Below are positions 40,601 through 62,896 of a stretch of 64,000 nucleotides of DNA, in pieces. Origin of the DNA: Octopus vulgaris (taxonomy: Eukaryota); assembly GCA_951406725.2 (NCBI GenBank), contig OX597816.1:79484001-79548000 (forward strand), in the 5' to 3' direction. The notes beneath the pieces were generated by a model, which saw only the letters and a list, made by a program, of their open reading frames with translations, did no database searches and was not told where the DNA came from. Both the position numbers and the translations under genes were made by a program. Position 1 is the first letter of the stretch, and each line of letters starts with the position of its first letter.

Positions 40601-43600
40601 GTGTTGTAGCACCTCTATATTTCTACTCAAAATTACCTTTTCAAGTCACCGCCAGCTCAACAAACGAATCTTGCGAAATCATGAGTTTAGGTGCTGTGTT
40701 GTTATTGTAATATGGCTTGAATGTATGAACGCTTTTGTCAAGTACACCGGAGTCTTCCAGCTATAAACATCATATAGAAGTCTGGATGACAGCTTCTAAT
40801 TGATATGCCTGCACTATGTTTCTCAGCCTCCTTTTGAAAGGTAAAAAGTAGAGATAGTTTGTGTTGACATTGAGGCACTTGTGTTGCTGGTGTAATGCAT
40901 CAGAACTCATGCACATTTGTGTTTGAATGATCGGGCATGCGTGCATACTTCCATGTGTTCATGTGTGTGTGTGTGTGTGTGTGCTAAAGGACTTTTCTGT
41001 GCTCGTGTTGCACACGGTAGAATATGGACAAGTAAATCAATTCTATGATTTTATTTCTGACAAAAGTAATTTAGACACTGAACATTAAATCACGTATTGC
41101 AATAACATAGTAGTACTTTTTCAGCATTCACGGCCATATTACTCACTTAATTTTGCAAACCTTTTAATTTTACAAATTCATTTAATTTTATAATTGGAGA
41201 AATCTTGAACGCACAACAATTATTCTTCGACTATTGAAATAGTAGATTTAATTTCCGTAAATGAATATATATGATCACCAAATAGAAGCAACTATTCCTT
41301 ACTACTGTCTTAGGTCGTCAAAGAGATTCATATTTATACATTTGTTTTAATAGCTAAGATTGTATATCACATTTCAGGGTCCCATTGGATGTTTGAAATC
41401 GTTAATATGATATCGACAGGAAACACTGAAAACGTTTCTTTGCTAAAAGAAGACTTACTGTTAGATTGGTCACCATTTGAAAAGCTGGATTCCTTTGAAT
41501 CCCCTCGACTCTTGAACTCTCACTACACTCCTAAACTTCTGCCTGCAGAATTGCTAAAGGATCATAAAATTATCTTCCTCAACCGCAACCCGAAAGCTAT
41601 GCTGGTGTCGTTCTACAGACATATTTTAAACGTTAATTTGTTGGACTACAAAGGAGATTTACCAAGCTATTTTGACCTTTGGATGCAAGGAGATGGTAAG
41701 CCTATAAAGTTATTGTTACTACTACTACTACTGCTACTACTAATGCTGTTTTTCATCCTCTTACATTTCCATTATTTTGGTTTAGGATATTACTGTCATG
41801 TTGGTTCGATTTCAAGCTTCACAGTTGGTCTACTCGACCTTTGTATTCATGGAGTACCTTATTTTGTCTTCTCATCAGACCACTTCCCCATTATTATATT
41901 CTTTTCCTTGTGGATTCTAATGCTTGTCTCATATTCTCTCAACACTTTTTATTTTATGTTCTCTTATCGATATTTTCTCTCTGGTCATAAAATACATATC
42001 AAGTCGTGCCTTTTCCTTCAATTAATATATCTTAGATTATATCAGTGCAAGTATGTGATTAGAGCACATTTTATCGATTTCGATGGTGAAAACCAAAGTA
42101 TATTCTGATATCAGTTTAACTAAGTACAGATTAAATACAATGTTCAGAGATTTCAAAAGCATTATATCAGAAAGTTCATATTTTATTAAACTTTGTTACC
42201 TACTATCAATCACCTCTGTTGTATGCACAGACATGCCATCAATATGACTTTGCAAATATCTATCCTAGGTACACTAATGAAAATATAAATTTAATAAATT
42301 CGCTCTATAATCGTCTGTAAAACATATAACTTTGTGCTCCTTTCTTCAGCAACATAAATACCAGAAAAAAAAAACCCCAGTAAAAAGATGCCAAATATAT
42401 TTTCGTTTTAAACATTGCATTGCATTTATAGTTTAATTTAACAAAGGGGTTGACTATTCTTTTGGAAGTTATTACACAAACATAATTTCAATTTATTCTT
42501 TTAATTTTTCAGTTCCTTATGGTGATTACTTTAAATATGTTCAGGAAATTTATGCTCTATGTAAAGATAACCCAAATGCACTTATCGTAACTTATGAAGA
42601 AATGAAAGCGGTAATTACATATTAATATTTGTTTTAATTATGTTAATTATTATAATTTATTTCATGTGTTAGTTTCTCGAGTATACACACACACACAAAC
42701 ACAAAATGAACAATGACATCATAATTATGAAGTTTTGCTTCTAAATAATTCCGATTGGTAAAGTATGATTATTGTATAATTATAATAATTGTTGTACGTG
42801 TGTATAACAAAATATTTTTATGCTAAATACTGAAAATTTCGCAATTTGACTTTATTATTTATTTTCAACAGGATATATCCAAGGCAGTGTCCCGTGTTGC
42901 TAAGTTCTTGGGGAAAACAATTCCTGAACAACTTACGAAGAATATTGTTGATAAATGCTCGTTTGATAAAATGAAATCCGAGAAAAATCTTGTTAGTTCG
43001 TATTTACCCCAAGATACATTTGTCGGTGGCGGTACTATCTACCATACTGGTAATTATGTTCATATTTTATTTGATCAAACTTTCTAGCAGTTTAATTTCT
43101 ATAAAGTCTAAGACACATATGTAGTCCTGGTAGAAGCTTATTTTCGCTGTTATTCTATGCTGTAGCGATCCGAGCACTACTCATATCAAGGAAAGAGGAC
43201 CGCATGACACACCAATTAAACTAGAGTAGCACTCAGCTAGAACCCTCACTGTCGCTCCAAATTCTAGGACTCACAATTGCAAAGGAGTGAGTCCTACAAT
43301 AGAAAATGACCCTACATTTGGGATTGTGCTGTTGCTATGCACATATGTATCCTAGAAGATATTAACGAAAAGTCACTCGACTAAATGGAATTGAAGCCAC
43401 AACAAAATGCTCCAATCATTAGTCTTCATTCTGTCTTTTCTTTCGCTTTTATAATGGCTTCTGATTCTTGGTGCTGATTGCTTTGCATCTGTACAATTCA
43501 GGCACGTACATTTTCACCTCTAGTAGACTTCCACTTTGTCCTCGCCATTATGTTCTGGTCATTTTCTCCAGAATATCCCCATTCTGGAATTTCACAGCCT

Positions 43601-44763
43601 GTGTTTTTCCTGGAGATATTGAACTGCAAAAGAGATAAAAATAATTCTTTCTATTGTAGGTACAAGGCCTGGAATTTGAGGGGAGGGGTATAGTCGATTA
43701 CATCAAGTCCAGTACTTGACTGGTACTTAATTTATCGACCTCGAAAGGACGAAAGGCAAAGTCGACCTCTGCGGAATTTGCACTCAGAACGCAGTAGTAG
43801 ACGAAATGACACTAGGCATTTTGCTCGGTGTACTAAGGATTCTGCCAGTTCGCCACCTGAGAATAAAAAGAGATAAAAATAATACCATAACATCCAATTA
43901 CTGGTTAACTGTATCCATAATCTGTTTAATATACTTGATCAGTATTTTCAACTCCTGTATGAACATTTTTCTTCTAAGCGATGACCCATCTCTGTACATA
44001 TAATTGAATGCTGAGTGTTGCAGAATTACTTCCTGGGGTTATAGCTCGGATTCAAATCCATTTTATACTTTATGGATATACTAGCCGTATAGCCCGGCGT
44101 TGCCCGGGATTAAGTTGGGATTGTTAAGTGATCTAGCGCTTTATTTCAAACCAAAATAAGTGACACCGACATCAAATTTGAGCGAAATCCGTTGAAATTG
44201 GTAAACGTTTGGCTGAAAATCGGTTGCTGGCGATTTCATTGGGAAATCCTATAAGGAATCGGTTTATCGATTTTAGAATCATCACAGCAGTCTGCTGTGA
44301 TGATTCTAAAATACAACACATAAATACCTAACAATATATCTTTTTCTACTCCTCTGAAGAGATTTTTTCTAGTATAATGATTTTAATAATTGCTATTCAA
44401 TCTTTTAAGGCTTAGTTGAAACAGCTGTAAGAGACTGTTTGACTTCTGCAGATAATAAAGTTTTATTAAATGCTACATCTCTATTTTCTTTTCGTTTAAC
44501 TGGTTATATGAGTGTGGGTGCGTGTATGTGTATTTATTTAAGACTGTATACATACATATATATATTTATATGTGTGTGTGTATAGTCACTCTTATGGTGA
44601 TCGTTTGATCCAAGAACCACTGGTTTACTATATTATATTGCTGAAAATTATCTCTTCAATATCAAAATATTAATGAATTAATTTATATCTGTCGAAACTC
44701 TCCATTTTCTTACTTAATAATACTATACAAACACACACACACATATGTACCTATATATATATA

Positions 44764-44800
<37 letters not shown>

Positions 44801-45402
44801 GTGTGTTCGTGTGTGTGTGTGTGCGTGCGTGTGTGTGTGTGTGTGTGTTTGTGTGCGTGTGTATGTATAACTGGCAATCTGTCGGTTACGACACCGAGGG
44901 TTCCAGTGGATCCAATAAATGGAATTACCTGCTCGTAAAATTAACGTGCAAGTAGCTGAGCACACCACAGACACGTGTACCCATAACGTAGTTCTCAGGG
45001 AGAACCGGCATGACACAGATTTTGACAATGCTGACCCTTGAAATGTAGGTTCAACTCATTTTGCTAGCTGAGTGGCTTGGAGCAACATGAAATAAAGTAT
45101 CTTGTTCGTCGAAGGGACTTGAACTGACAACCTTAAGATCATGAGCCGAATGCCTTAACCACAAAGCCATGCACCTTCATGAATGTATGTATGTATGTAT
45201 GTATGTATGTATGTATGTATGTATGTATGTATGTATGTATGTATCAATGCATGTTTCCGTTTTCCACATAATACCTGTTTCCGTCATATTTATAGGTAAA
45301 GTAGACACATGGAAAAAATGGTTAACAGTGGAACAAAGTGAAAGAATGGATGCAAGGATCCAATCAGAATTCATCAATCAAGGAATCATTTTTAATTTTT
45401 GA
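33617..45402 (+). CDS. Cytosolic sulfotransferase-fold gene copy B (5 coding exons, 301 aa)
   Basis: Exons 33617-33821, 41378-41695, 42513-42610, 42872-43049 and 45296-45402. All introns GT-AG with compatible phases; total 906 nt. Motifs [50 protein letters not shown]. Confidence 0.9.
34322..37153 (+). mobile_element. hAT DNA transposon, Buster/SPIN-like, 2832 bp
   Basis: TIRs caggtgtgggcaaact / agttcgcccacccctg; 8-bp TSD acatacac (34314-34321 and 37154-37161) with central TA; empty site in copy C at 55673-55680. Confidence 0.95.
34924..36674 (+). pseudogene. hAT transposase (GTF2IRD2/SPIN-like), disrupted
   Basis: [46 protein letters not shown] and CEQTFS motifs. In-frame ATC at the probable start (34924), frameshift near 36260, deletion near 36510. 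Confidence 0.9.
38090..38292 (+). mobile_element. SINE family 1-related 3' half (also 55893-56063)
   Basis: cttgacaa...tagaataagtac...ccagcatggccgcagtc.aatgactgaaaca. Confidence 0.7.
38400..38800 (-). mobile_element. Decayed Penelope-like GIY-YIG tail with an internal duplication
   Basis: [12 protein letters not shown]-like segment present twice (about 38590-38630 and 38750-38790). Confidence 0.45.
38830..40210 (+). mobile_element. 5'-truncated RTE-type LINE 3' end with a tandem-repeat 3' UTR
   Basis: KTKVL, Cys-rich CSIC..C..C..W.H insert, SFHYLG, RIRIAW.KF.EL, LRWYG-like and RPKKTW motifs. Repeats of about 40 bp (gccgatgccagtg/aaaagcaccattcgag) at 39790-40045; (gat/gac)n tail. Shorter copy at 56475-57050. 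Confidence 0.8.
41378..41695 (+). CDS. SULT copy B exon 2
   Basis: tttcag|GGTCCCATTGG...GGAGATG|gtaag. Confidence 0.9.
42513..42610 (+). CDS. SULT copy B exon 3
   Basis: tttcag|TTCCTTATGGT...ATGAAAGCG|gtaatt; encodes VPYGDYF...VTYEEMKA. Confidence 0.88.
42872..43049 (+). CDS. SULT copy B exon 4
   Basis: caacag|GATATATCC...CATACTG|gtaatt. Confidence 0.88.
43655..43856 (-). mobile_element. tRNA-derived SINE family 3 (also about 59755-59956)
   Basis: ggtacttaatttatcgacc.cgaaagga.gaaaggcaaagtcgacc core, resembling Nin/Deu-type SINE domains from memory. Confidence 0.55.
44081..44270 (-). mobile_element. Helitron 3' end, internally deleted relative to the copy C element
   Basis: Minus strand cccgggcaacgccggg hairpin plus CTAG|T; matches about 60184-60373. 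Confidence 0.75.
44870..45176 (-). mobile_element. tRNA-derived SINE family 4 (also about 62392-62702)
   Basis: Minus-strand head ggtgcatggctttgtggttaagg...agttcaagtcc; (CA)n tail. Confidence 0.7.
45296..45402 (+). CDS. SULT copy B exon 5
   Basis: ttatag|GTAAAGTAGAC...TTTTGA; AATAAA at 45532-45537. Confidence 0.88.
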
Positions 45403-46396
45403 TTCATTCAATTACGTAAGAAATTTTCAAGTCAATTAAAAACATGCAAAAACGTATATTGTCAGTACATGCTTCTTTCTTGGCTCAACGATAATTTTTA
45501 AATCTACGTTTTGATATTGTAATCATGACTCAATAAATTTGTGTGAAACAAAATGCACATTTATTATATCTCGATTTTTATTTGGAACCCTATGAAAGTT
45601 TCCTCAACATACTGTATGTAAAATGTAATATCTGATTTTGCAAATGAACTCTCTACAAACCCACATGCAGCATACACCTATTTTGCTTGAGCAGTTATGT
45701 TTGTTTTTCTACATAAACATTATACTATTTTATCATACACCCCTCTAAAAAGGAAATAAAATTTACGCATAGATATGCATTATCTGATGGCTATAAGTGT
45801 TTTCATACCTATTATCGCAATGATGTTTCTGTAGTGATCTAAGTCTGTTGAGGTGTATCAGGATCTAGGTTTCTGCATCAGCAAAATATGCATTTTTTTA
45901 AAAAGAAGTAAAAAAAAATCTGAAAATCGGCTATAATAATGTAGCCCTCCAGTCTCATTGCTTTGAAGTCATGATGTTGTGGAAAGAAAACTTGGAGAAA
46001 AAAGTTACAGAGGTTTAAAAATCGAAAAAACTGGGTATTTTTAGTCAATAGAGAGACAGAAATCTTCTGCACTTAGCGGAGCGATGTCAACTTTAAGGTT
46101 GCACCCAGTAAAATCTATAGTTTAGCGTCTGTCATGTTCATTGTAGGTTTCTTAAATAAATAGAAATACCAAATTTCATTGAAGGTTTCTAAATAAACAT
46201 AAAAGCTAATAAAATTAACACATATAATCTTACTGTTTCTTTTGTCTCGTCATTGATTTTATTGTTTTTTATGATTTAAAAAGAAATCTTATATCAATAT
46301 ATTTGTCTGAATGTGTTTACTTTATGCATATTTCAGAATTATGTATACCTGTCATGTGTTTGTGTACATCATTAATATATAAGTGTGTGTACGTGC

Positions 46397-46442
<46 letters not shown>

Positions 46443-47357
46443 AGGGGACATCCATCTCCAAAACTCCAAAGTTGAGTACTGTTTTCATGCTTGGATTTGT
46501 AAACTATGGTAAGAATAACACTCGTCAACAAAGAATTTGTCCCAAAGAATACCTGTACCTTACATGTTATTGCAAGCAGAATTCAAAAATAATGTCAGAT
46601 TATCTGCACCATCCATAGTTTCTCTGTTCCACAATGTCCCTACTCCTAATTTAAATTTTTATAAATAGAATTAACCTCGTGAAATCATAAATCCAGCTAT
46701 TTGAGTCAATGAATCACATAGAAGCAGAGGAAATAGGTAATATACTAACACAGACAAATTAAAACAAAACATGCGGTTGAAAAGAATCTCGTGGTGCGAA
46801 GCATCAAATCGGAAAAATCAACATAGACAACAGCGCCACAGACAGCAGTGAACCACAACACAGTGTGCAGTTGTCATAGTAACAAGCTGCTAATGCCACG
46901 CTGTCTGTTGATTGGCTAAATTGACAAATGTTGTTGTTTCTCCCTTTCGGCTATCACCCTTTCTTCCCCGATCTCTCTCTTTCCTCCCTTCCATCGACAT
47001 TCTCTCTATAACGACGTTTGCAGCTCCCAATCTCTCTCTCTCTCTCTTTCTCTCTCTGTCTTTGCCGTCTCTGTCGCTCTTTCTCCCACCGCCTCACTCT
47101 CTCTGTACGTCTGTCTGTATCTAGAGGGAGAAAGCGTTCACAGCCGCAAGTGTGTTTAATGGAGAGGAATAAAATAGTAAATAATTATATTGTGTCGAAA
47201 AAACGTTTCACTCTCATGAAGTTTAGATATTTCCACCACAGAACGGTGAATTATTATCGCCCACCACCACCGCACAATCATGATAATAGATATTATCAAT
47301 CAGACATTTATTGCGTTAATTTATATATAAATATGTGTGTGTGCGTGTGTGTTTGAG

Positions 47358-47399
<42 letters not shown>

Positions 47400-47544
47400 G
47401 CGGTGCTCCAGCATGGCCGCAGTCAAATGACTGAAACAAGTAAAAAGAGTAAAAAAGAGAGTAATACATATATATACATACATACATACATGCATACATA
47501 TATTTATATATATATATATATAATGTGTGTATATATATATATAT

Positions 47545-48478
47545 ACTACTACCTATATAGGATGAAGTTTTTTTACTGAAAAATATTCCATCAAAAAAAG
47601 GTCAAAATTTTAAGGTTAAAATTATAAATAAGGGCTAAAGAAAATTTCTCTGCCAACATGCTGATAACAGACTTTTAAATCGCCAATTTCCACACATTAT
47701 TTACTCGCTACAGAAAACACGTAGAGCTCAAAGCGAGGAAAGCCAGCCAATAGAATTTTTGAAAAAAGTTCGTTATTTCTATATTGAATCAATTTCGGAA
47801 TTAATCTCATAATAGAGTTTTTTCCTCTTCTATAGAAAATACGAAAAGACATAAATAAGATACTTAAATGCGCCCATAGAAAGAAGCCGAAACAAAAATC
47901 ATGAGTACATATAAGTACCCCAGATATATCTAAAAATAAAATCCTTCGGTCAGCCTCAGCACACGTGTGAACTGTTCTCCACTACAGCTTATAGTGGTTA
48001 CCAGTCCCTATAGCGAATAGTAATAAATTTACTACTAATATAGGATGAATTGTTTTTACAGAAAAAAATTCCATCAAAAAATGTGGCAGCACATTAAAAT
48101 ACATTTAAGGTTAAAATTATAAACAACTTATAAATAAGGGCCAAAGAAAATTATTTCTATGCCAATATGCTGATAGCAGACTTTTAAATCGTCAATTTCC
48201 ACATATTATTTACTCGCTACAAAAAACACGTAGAGCTCAAAGCGAGGAAAGCCAGCCAATAGAATTTTTTTAAAAAGTTCGTTATTTCTATATTGAAACT
48301 ATTTCGGAATTAATCTCAAAATAGATTTTTTCCTCTTCAGTAGAAAATACGAAAAGGCATAAATAAGATACTTACATCAGCTCTACGTGTTTTCTGTAGC
48401 GAGTAAATAATATGTGGAAATTGACGATTTAAAAGTCTGTTATCAGCATATTGGCATAGAAATAATTTTCTTTAGCCC

Positions 48479-48485
<7 letters not shown>
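47545..48485. repeat. Repeat of about 330 bp in two direct copies plus an inverted partial copy
   Basis: About 47545-47870 and 48030-48375; 48378-48485 is the reverse complement of about 48130-48237. Confidence 0.75.
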
Positions 48486-48519
<34 letters not shown>

Positions 48520-49287
48520 CGAGGGGCATTCAATAAGTAATGCCCCTGACCCACTTCCCATAGCAGTAGAGCAACGACACTTGCACAGTTATTAGTCTTC
48601 TTTTACATAGGAACCACCCAGAGATACGTATTTCTCCCATCGTTTGATGCAGCTATAGAGACCGATTTTGTAGAAGACCCCAGGTTGGTCCTCCAACCAC
48701 GACCTGAATTCAGAAATTAAGGCTGCATCATCTGGGAAACGCTTTCCTTTCAAAAACAACTTCATGGGTGGGAAGAGGTGAAAATCCAAGGGTGCAAGGT
48801 CAGGAGAGAAGGGGGTTCGGGGAGGAGTTCATAGCCGCACGCCTGTGCTTCTGATCTGGCGACCATCGAGTTGTGGACCGGAGCGTTGTCCTGCAGGAGG
48901 AGGATGCCTTTGCTGATCTTGCCCCGCCTCTTGATTTTGATAGCTTCTCTTAATTTCCTCAAAAGTGAAGCATAATAGGCTCCTGTAATTGTGGTACCCT
49001 TTGCCAAGAAATCTGTCATCACTACTCCGTCATATGGTGGGGCATCATTACCATAAGTTACTTTCATTTCATCAAAAGTCTCCCGTGGTGTGCGTCCTTT
49101 CAAATATAAAACCCGGATCACTGCTCGTCACTCAACAGGCTCCATTTCACACTTGACTCAGTTCGAACACCTGTAAATCAGAAACCACAATTAGTTTAGA
49201 GCTGTAATTTGCCACGTAATCTATAGAGATATAAATAATTGCACATGCAAAATTGGGTCAGGGGCATTACTTACTCAACGTCCCTCG
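48520..49287 (-). mobile_element. Internally deleted mariner (768 bp), same family as 53376-54661
   Basis: TA|cgaggggc...ccctcg|TA termini; deletion junction actccgtc|atatg near 49030. Confidence 0.9.
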
Positions 49288-49409
49288 TATATATATATAT
49301 ATACATATATATATATAATGTGTGTATATATCTATATTTATATATATATATACGGGTGTGTGTGTGTGTTTGTATTTATAATCTGTATACATAAGTATAT
49401 ATAATGCGC

Positions 49410-49443
<34 letters not shown>

Positions 49444-49465
49444 CTAATGCGTATATGTATATATA

Positions 49466-50985
<1,520 letters not shown>

Positions 50986-50987
50986 GG

Positions 50988-51432
50988 TGCATATGTGGTC
51001 GGATTGTGCTGAAGATTTGCACACCTATGTTAAAAGTGCTAGGGAGTTTGCATGGCAACTTTGAGTTTGCTCAATTGAAAGTCGTGGCCTCTGGGGAAAA
51101 TTTCCTCTTCTTTTAAAATGTGGCCCGAATAGACCCGAATGAAATTGGGTTATAATACCAAAACAAGTAAGACAATAAAGAACTATGCCATTTTAATCTC
51201 AAACAACGCCGGGTATCTTTGTAAGTCTACTATATATTTGTGAAAAGCGCAGCAGTTGTGCGGGCAAAAGTGTTAGTAAATGTGGTCTGAAAATTTGCAT
51301 ACAAGTGCTGGAGAGTTTGCATGGCAACTTTGAGTTTGCTCAATTGAAAGGCGTGGCCTCTAGGGCTAAATTCCTCATTTTTTTTAAAACGTGGCCCGAG
51401 TAGACCCGAATGGAATTGGGTTATAATACTAG
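50988..51432 (+). mobile_element. Two head-to-tail non-autonomous Helitron-like modules
   Basis: Same unit as 28810 and 30651; TC at 51226, CTAG at 51429-51432. Confidence 0.7.
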
Positions 51433-51960
51433 TATACATACATGTATATGTATATATATATATATAATATATAAAAAGGTAGTAAATAAATTACTTTGCC
51501 ATACTGAACTATTAGAAATAGAGCTAAAACTTTAAAACATTTCTATCAAAGAGAATCTCTCTATAGTGTTTTCTAACTCGAAAGTTTGGAGCATAAAATC
51601 AAATCAAGTTATTTAACGTAGTTAAGATTAGTCATCAAGACACTTCTATATCAGCTCAGAAACCAGGTGATTTGAAAACACTGAAGTAGCATACTTTCGC
51701 TTCTCATCGCCTTAGTTCTGCTGTAACTAACGCACAACAAACATGCAGCGATTTGTCCTCCTTCCACCAGCGTGGTTAAAATCCAACACTCTGCTTACGT
51801 AAATAGCATTAATTAGAGGAGATTATATAATTTCAACAATTGAGGTAAATTTATTAATTAATTTCACCAAGTGTTCGTATATTTAAGGCGATTCATATTC
51901 AATATATAAAAGGCTAGTATAAATTACTTTGCGATACTGAACTCATTAGAAATATATATA

Positions 51961-52042
<82 letters not shown>

Positions 52043-53135
52043 TATATAGAATATCACAAAAACTCAAGCAAATATTGAAAATGATACACTCAAGAGATTC
52101 CCAGGAATTCATTAAAAAACAGTCCCAATAACTGCTGTAATCCATAACCTGCCAATTTTAAGTCATTTAAACATTTAACAACCTTACTACTTTCACACTA
52201 CCTACATTCTTTCTTATTCTCCCTTCTTCTTCTTTTTTTCTTCTTCTTCTTCTTCTTCTTCTTCTTCTTCTTCTTCTTCTTCTTCTTCTTCTTCTTCTTC
52301 TTCTTCTTCTTCTTCTTCTTCGTCTCCTTCCTTCTCCTTCCTATCTTTATCACTAATGCTGTTTAGAATAACACCAACGCAAATTCTATAAACAAAACAT
52401 TCAAAAGAAATATTCTCATGAATTGGACAGCGACTGCAACCATTCACTGTGGGTCATTAGATGACCATTTAACGTACTACTGTCATGGCACTCCCACATT
52501 CTTTTTCTTCTTCTCCTTCTACTTCTCCGACTCTCCCTCCTCCTCCTCCTCCTCCTCCTCCTCCTTCTTCTTCTTCTTCTTCTTCTTCTTCTTCTTCCCT
52601 ACCAAGAATTCACAACGACCCCGAACCCACAAGAGTAAACAAGAGAGACAGAGACTGGAAGAAAAAAGGAAAATGTCACTTGTATTTGAACACTATACAA
52701 CCATTCTTTTAAATAAAATTTTCTTTTAATTTTTCTAAATTTAATTGTTTAATTGTTACAGTTGAAAGTCTCATTGACTGAAACCACTACTGAAATGTTT
52801 TTTATAAAACTATTTTAGCATTTTCTATCTTGACTTTTTATTCCATATATATCAACACGTGTGTTCCTTTTCATCTTTCTACATAAATGGCGGCACCCCA
52901 GCATGGTCACAGCTCGTGAGCTGAAACTAGATAAAATAAAAATAAAATAAAATAAATATAGATCGTTAGTCACTACACACATTTTTTTCTCTCCTTGTTT
53001 TTTCTGTGTCCCTTTGTGTGGAAGAGCGTAGTCTCGAAACGTAAAAGACCTTTTCTATGCCTGAGCGTTATACTAATACATCTGTTTGTTTTGTACACCA
53101 CCGGTCTTCGTCTTTTTTTTTTTTTCGTAAACTCT

Positions 53136-53211
<76 letters not shown>

Positions 53212-53375
53212 AGAGAGAGAGAGAAGAGAGAGAAAGAGAGAGAGGAAGTTCATAATTCATTTCATTATATGCTATATACTAATTGTTACAGTAAATGCTT
53301 GTATGATTTAACCTTTCATTATGTAGTTCACATTGGTTGCTAATTTTGATATTCATATGAATGCTCTTTGAAATA

Positions 53376-54661
53376 CGAGGGGCGTTAAATAAGTAATGCC
53401 CCTGATCCACTTCCTATACCAGTAGAGCAACGAAACTTGGCACAGTTATTAGTCTTTTTCTACATAGGAACCACCCAGAGTTACGTATTTCTCCCATCAT
53501 TTGATGCAGCTCTGGGGACTGTCTTTGTAGAAGACTCCAGCTTGGTCCTCCAACCACGACCTGACTTCAGAAATCAAGGCTGCATCATCTGGGAAACGCT
53601 TTCCTTTCAAAAATAACTTTATGGCTTGGAAGAGGTGAAAATCAGAGGGTTCAAGGTCAGGAGAGTAGGGGGGATGGGGGAGGAGTTCATAGCCGCACGC
53701 CTGTGCTTTTGATCTGGCGACACGCGAGTTGTGGACCGGAGCGTTGTCCTGCAGGAGGAGGATGCCTTTACTGATCTTGCCCCGCCTCTTGATTTTGATA
53801 GCTTCTCTTAATTTCCTCAAAAGTGAAGCATAATAGGCTCCTGTAATTGTGGTATCCTTTGCCAGGAAATCTGTCATCACTACTCCGTCCTGGTCCCAGA
53901 AGACTGTGAGCATGACCTTGCCAGCGGAGGGCTGCAATCTTGCCTACTTTACAGGAGGTGAGTCACAGTGCTTCCACTACATTGACTGGGCTTTGGTCTC
54001 TGGATCATAGTGATGGACCCAGGTTTTATCCTGTGTGATCAGTCTTTTGAAAAATTTTGACTCATCTTCTTGGCACATCTCCAAATTCATCCTCGAGCAC
54101 TCGACGCGTTCTTGCTTCTGGAAAGGTGTGAGCAACCTGGGAATCCATCTGGCAGACACCTTTTGCATATGCAAATGGTCATGAATGATAGTTTCCACAG
54201 ACCCGGTACTAATCTTGACCCCATAGGCTATTTGGCGAATAGTTATGCGTCGATCTTCCAAATGGCAGCCTCAACTTAACGGACAGATGCCTCATCAATG
54301 GCAGAAGGGGGGCGACCAGATCTGGGAGCTGTTTCCACAGAGTTCCGACCATGTTTGAATTCACGATGCCAGCGTTTTACAAGGTCATATGATGGGGCAT
54401 CATCACCATAAGTTACTCTCATTTCATCAAAAGTCTCCCATGGTGTGCGTCCTTTCAAATACAAAAACCGGATCACTGCTCGACACACAACAAGCTCCAT
54501 TTCACACTTGACTCAGTACAAACACCTGTAAATCAGAAACCACAATTAATTCAGAGCTGTAAGTTGCCACTTAATCTATAGAGATAATTGCACATGCAAA
54601 ATCTCAGCTACATCAAACAACTGCAAGTGGGTGAGGAGCATTACTTATTGAACGTCTCTCG
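53376..54661 (-). mobile_element. Full-length mariner (1286 bp, DD34D), transposase disrupted
   Basis: TA TSD; imperfect TIRs cgaggggcgttaaataagtaatgc; WIPRLL, ITQDKTW, LLQDNA and YSPDLEPSDF motifs in ORFs 54276-54500, 53977-54261 and 53497-53937. Empty site near 33350 in copy B. Confidence 0.95.
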
Positions 54662-54951
54662 TATGTACTATTTATAAATATTTACTTTGTTATCTATAGA
54701 AATTAGATATGCTAAAACCAAGATTTACTGATAAAATTTAGTTACATAGATAAACATGTTTACTATAATAGGAGAATGGGATTCTTAAAGTTCATATGTA
54801 TAATCGACAGGCCTAAAAACTATGCATTATAAATACTTACAGAGCAGCAAATTTGCCATATGATCAAGGAAAGCTAAAGAAACCGATTACGATTTTGTTT
54901 TCACGAGTTTCCTAAGTGGTTACAATAACTAGAACGATATTAACAACTACA

Positions 54952-62896
<7,945 letters not shown>

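Noticed and set aside
41696-42108. Exon 2 ORF continues into a poly-Leu hydrophobic tail (possible membrane isoform; also 57829-58112)
   Set aside because: It lies after a canonical G|gtaag donor, derives from a (CTA)n repeat, and the frame is not conserved between B and C.
52214-52729. Poly-Glu, poly-Pro and poly-Ser ORFs
   Set aside because: (TTC)n and (TCC)n microsatellites.
53497-54500. Possible SETMAR-like host gene
   Set aside because: No SET domain; bounded by TIRs and a TA TSD, with stops and frameshifts.
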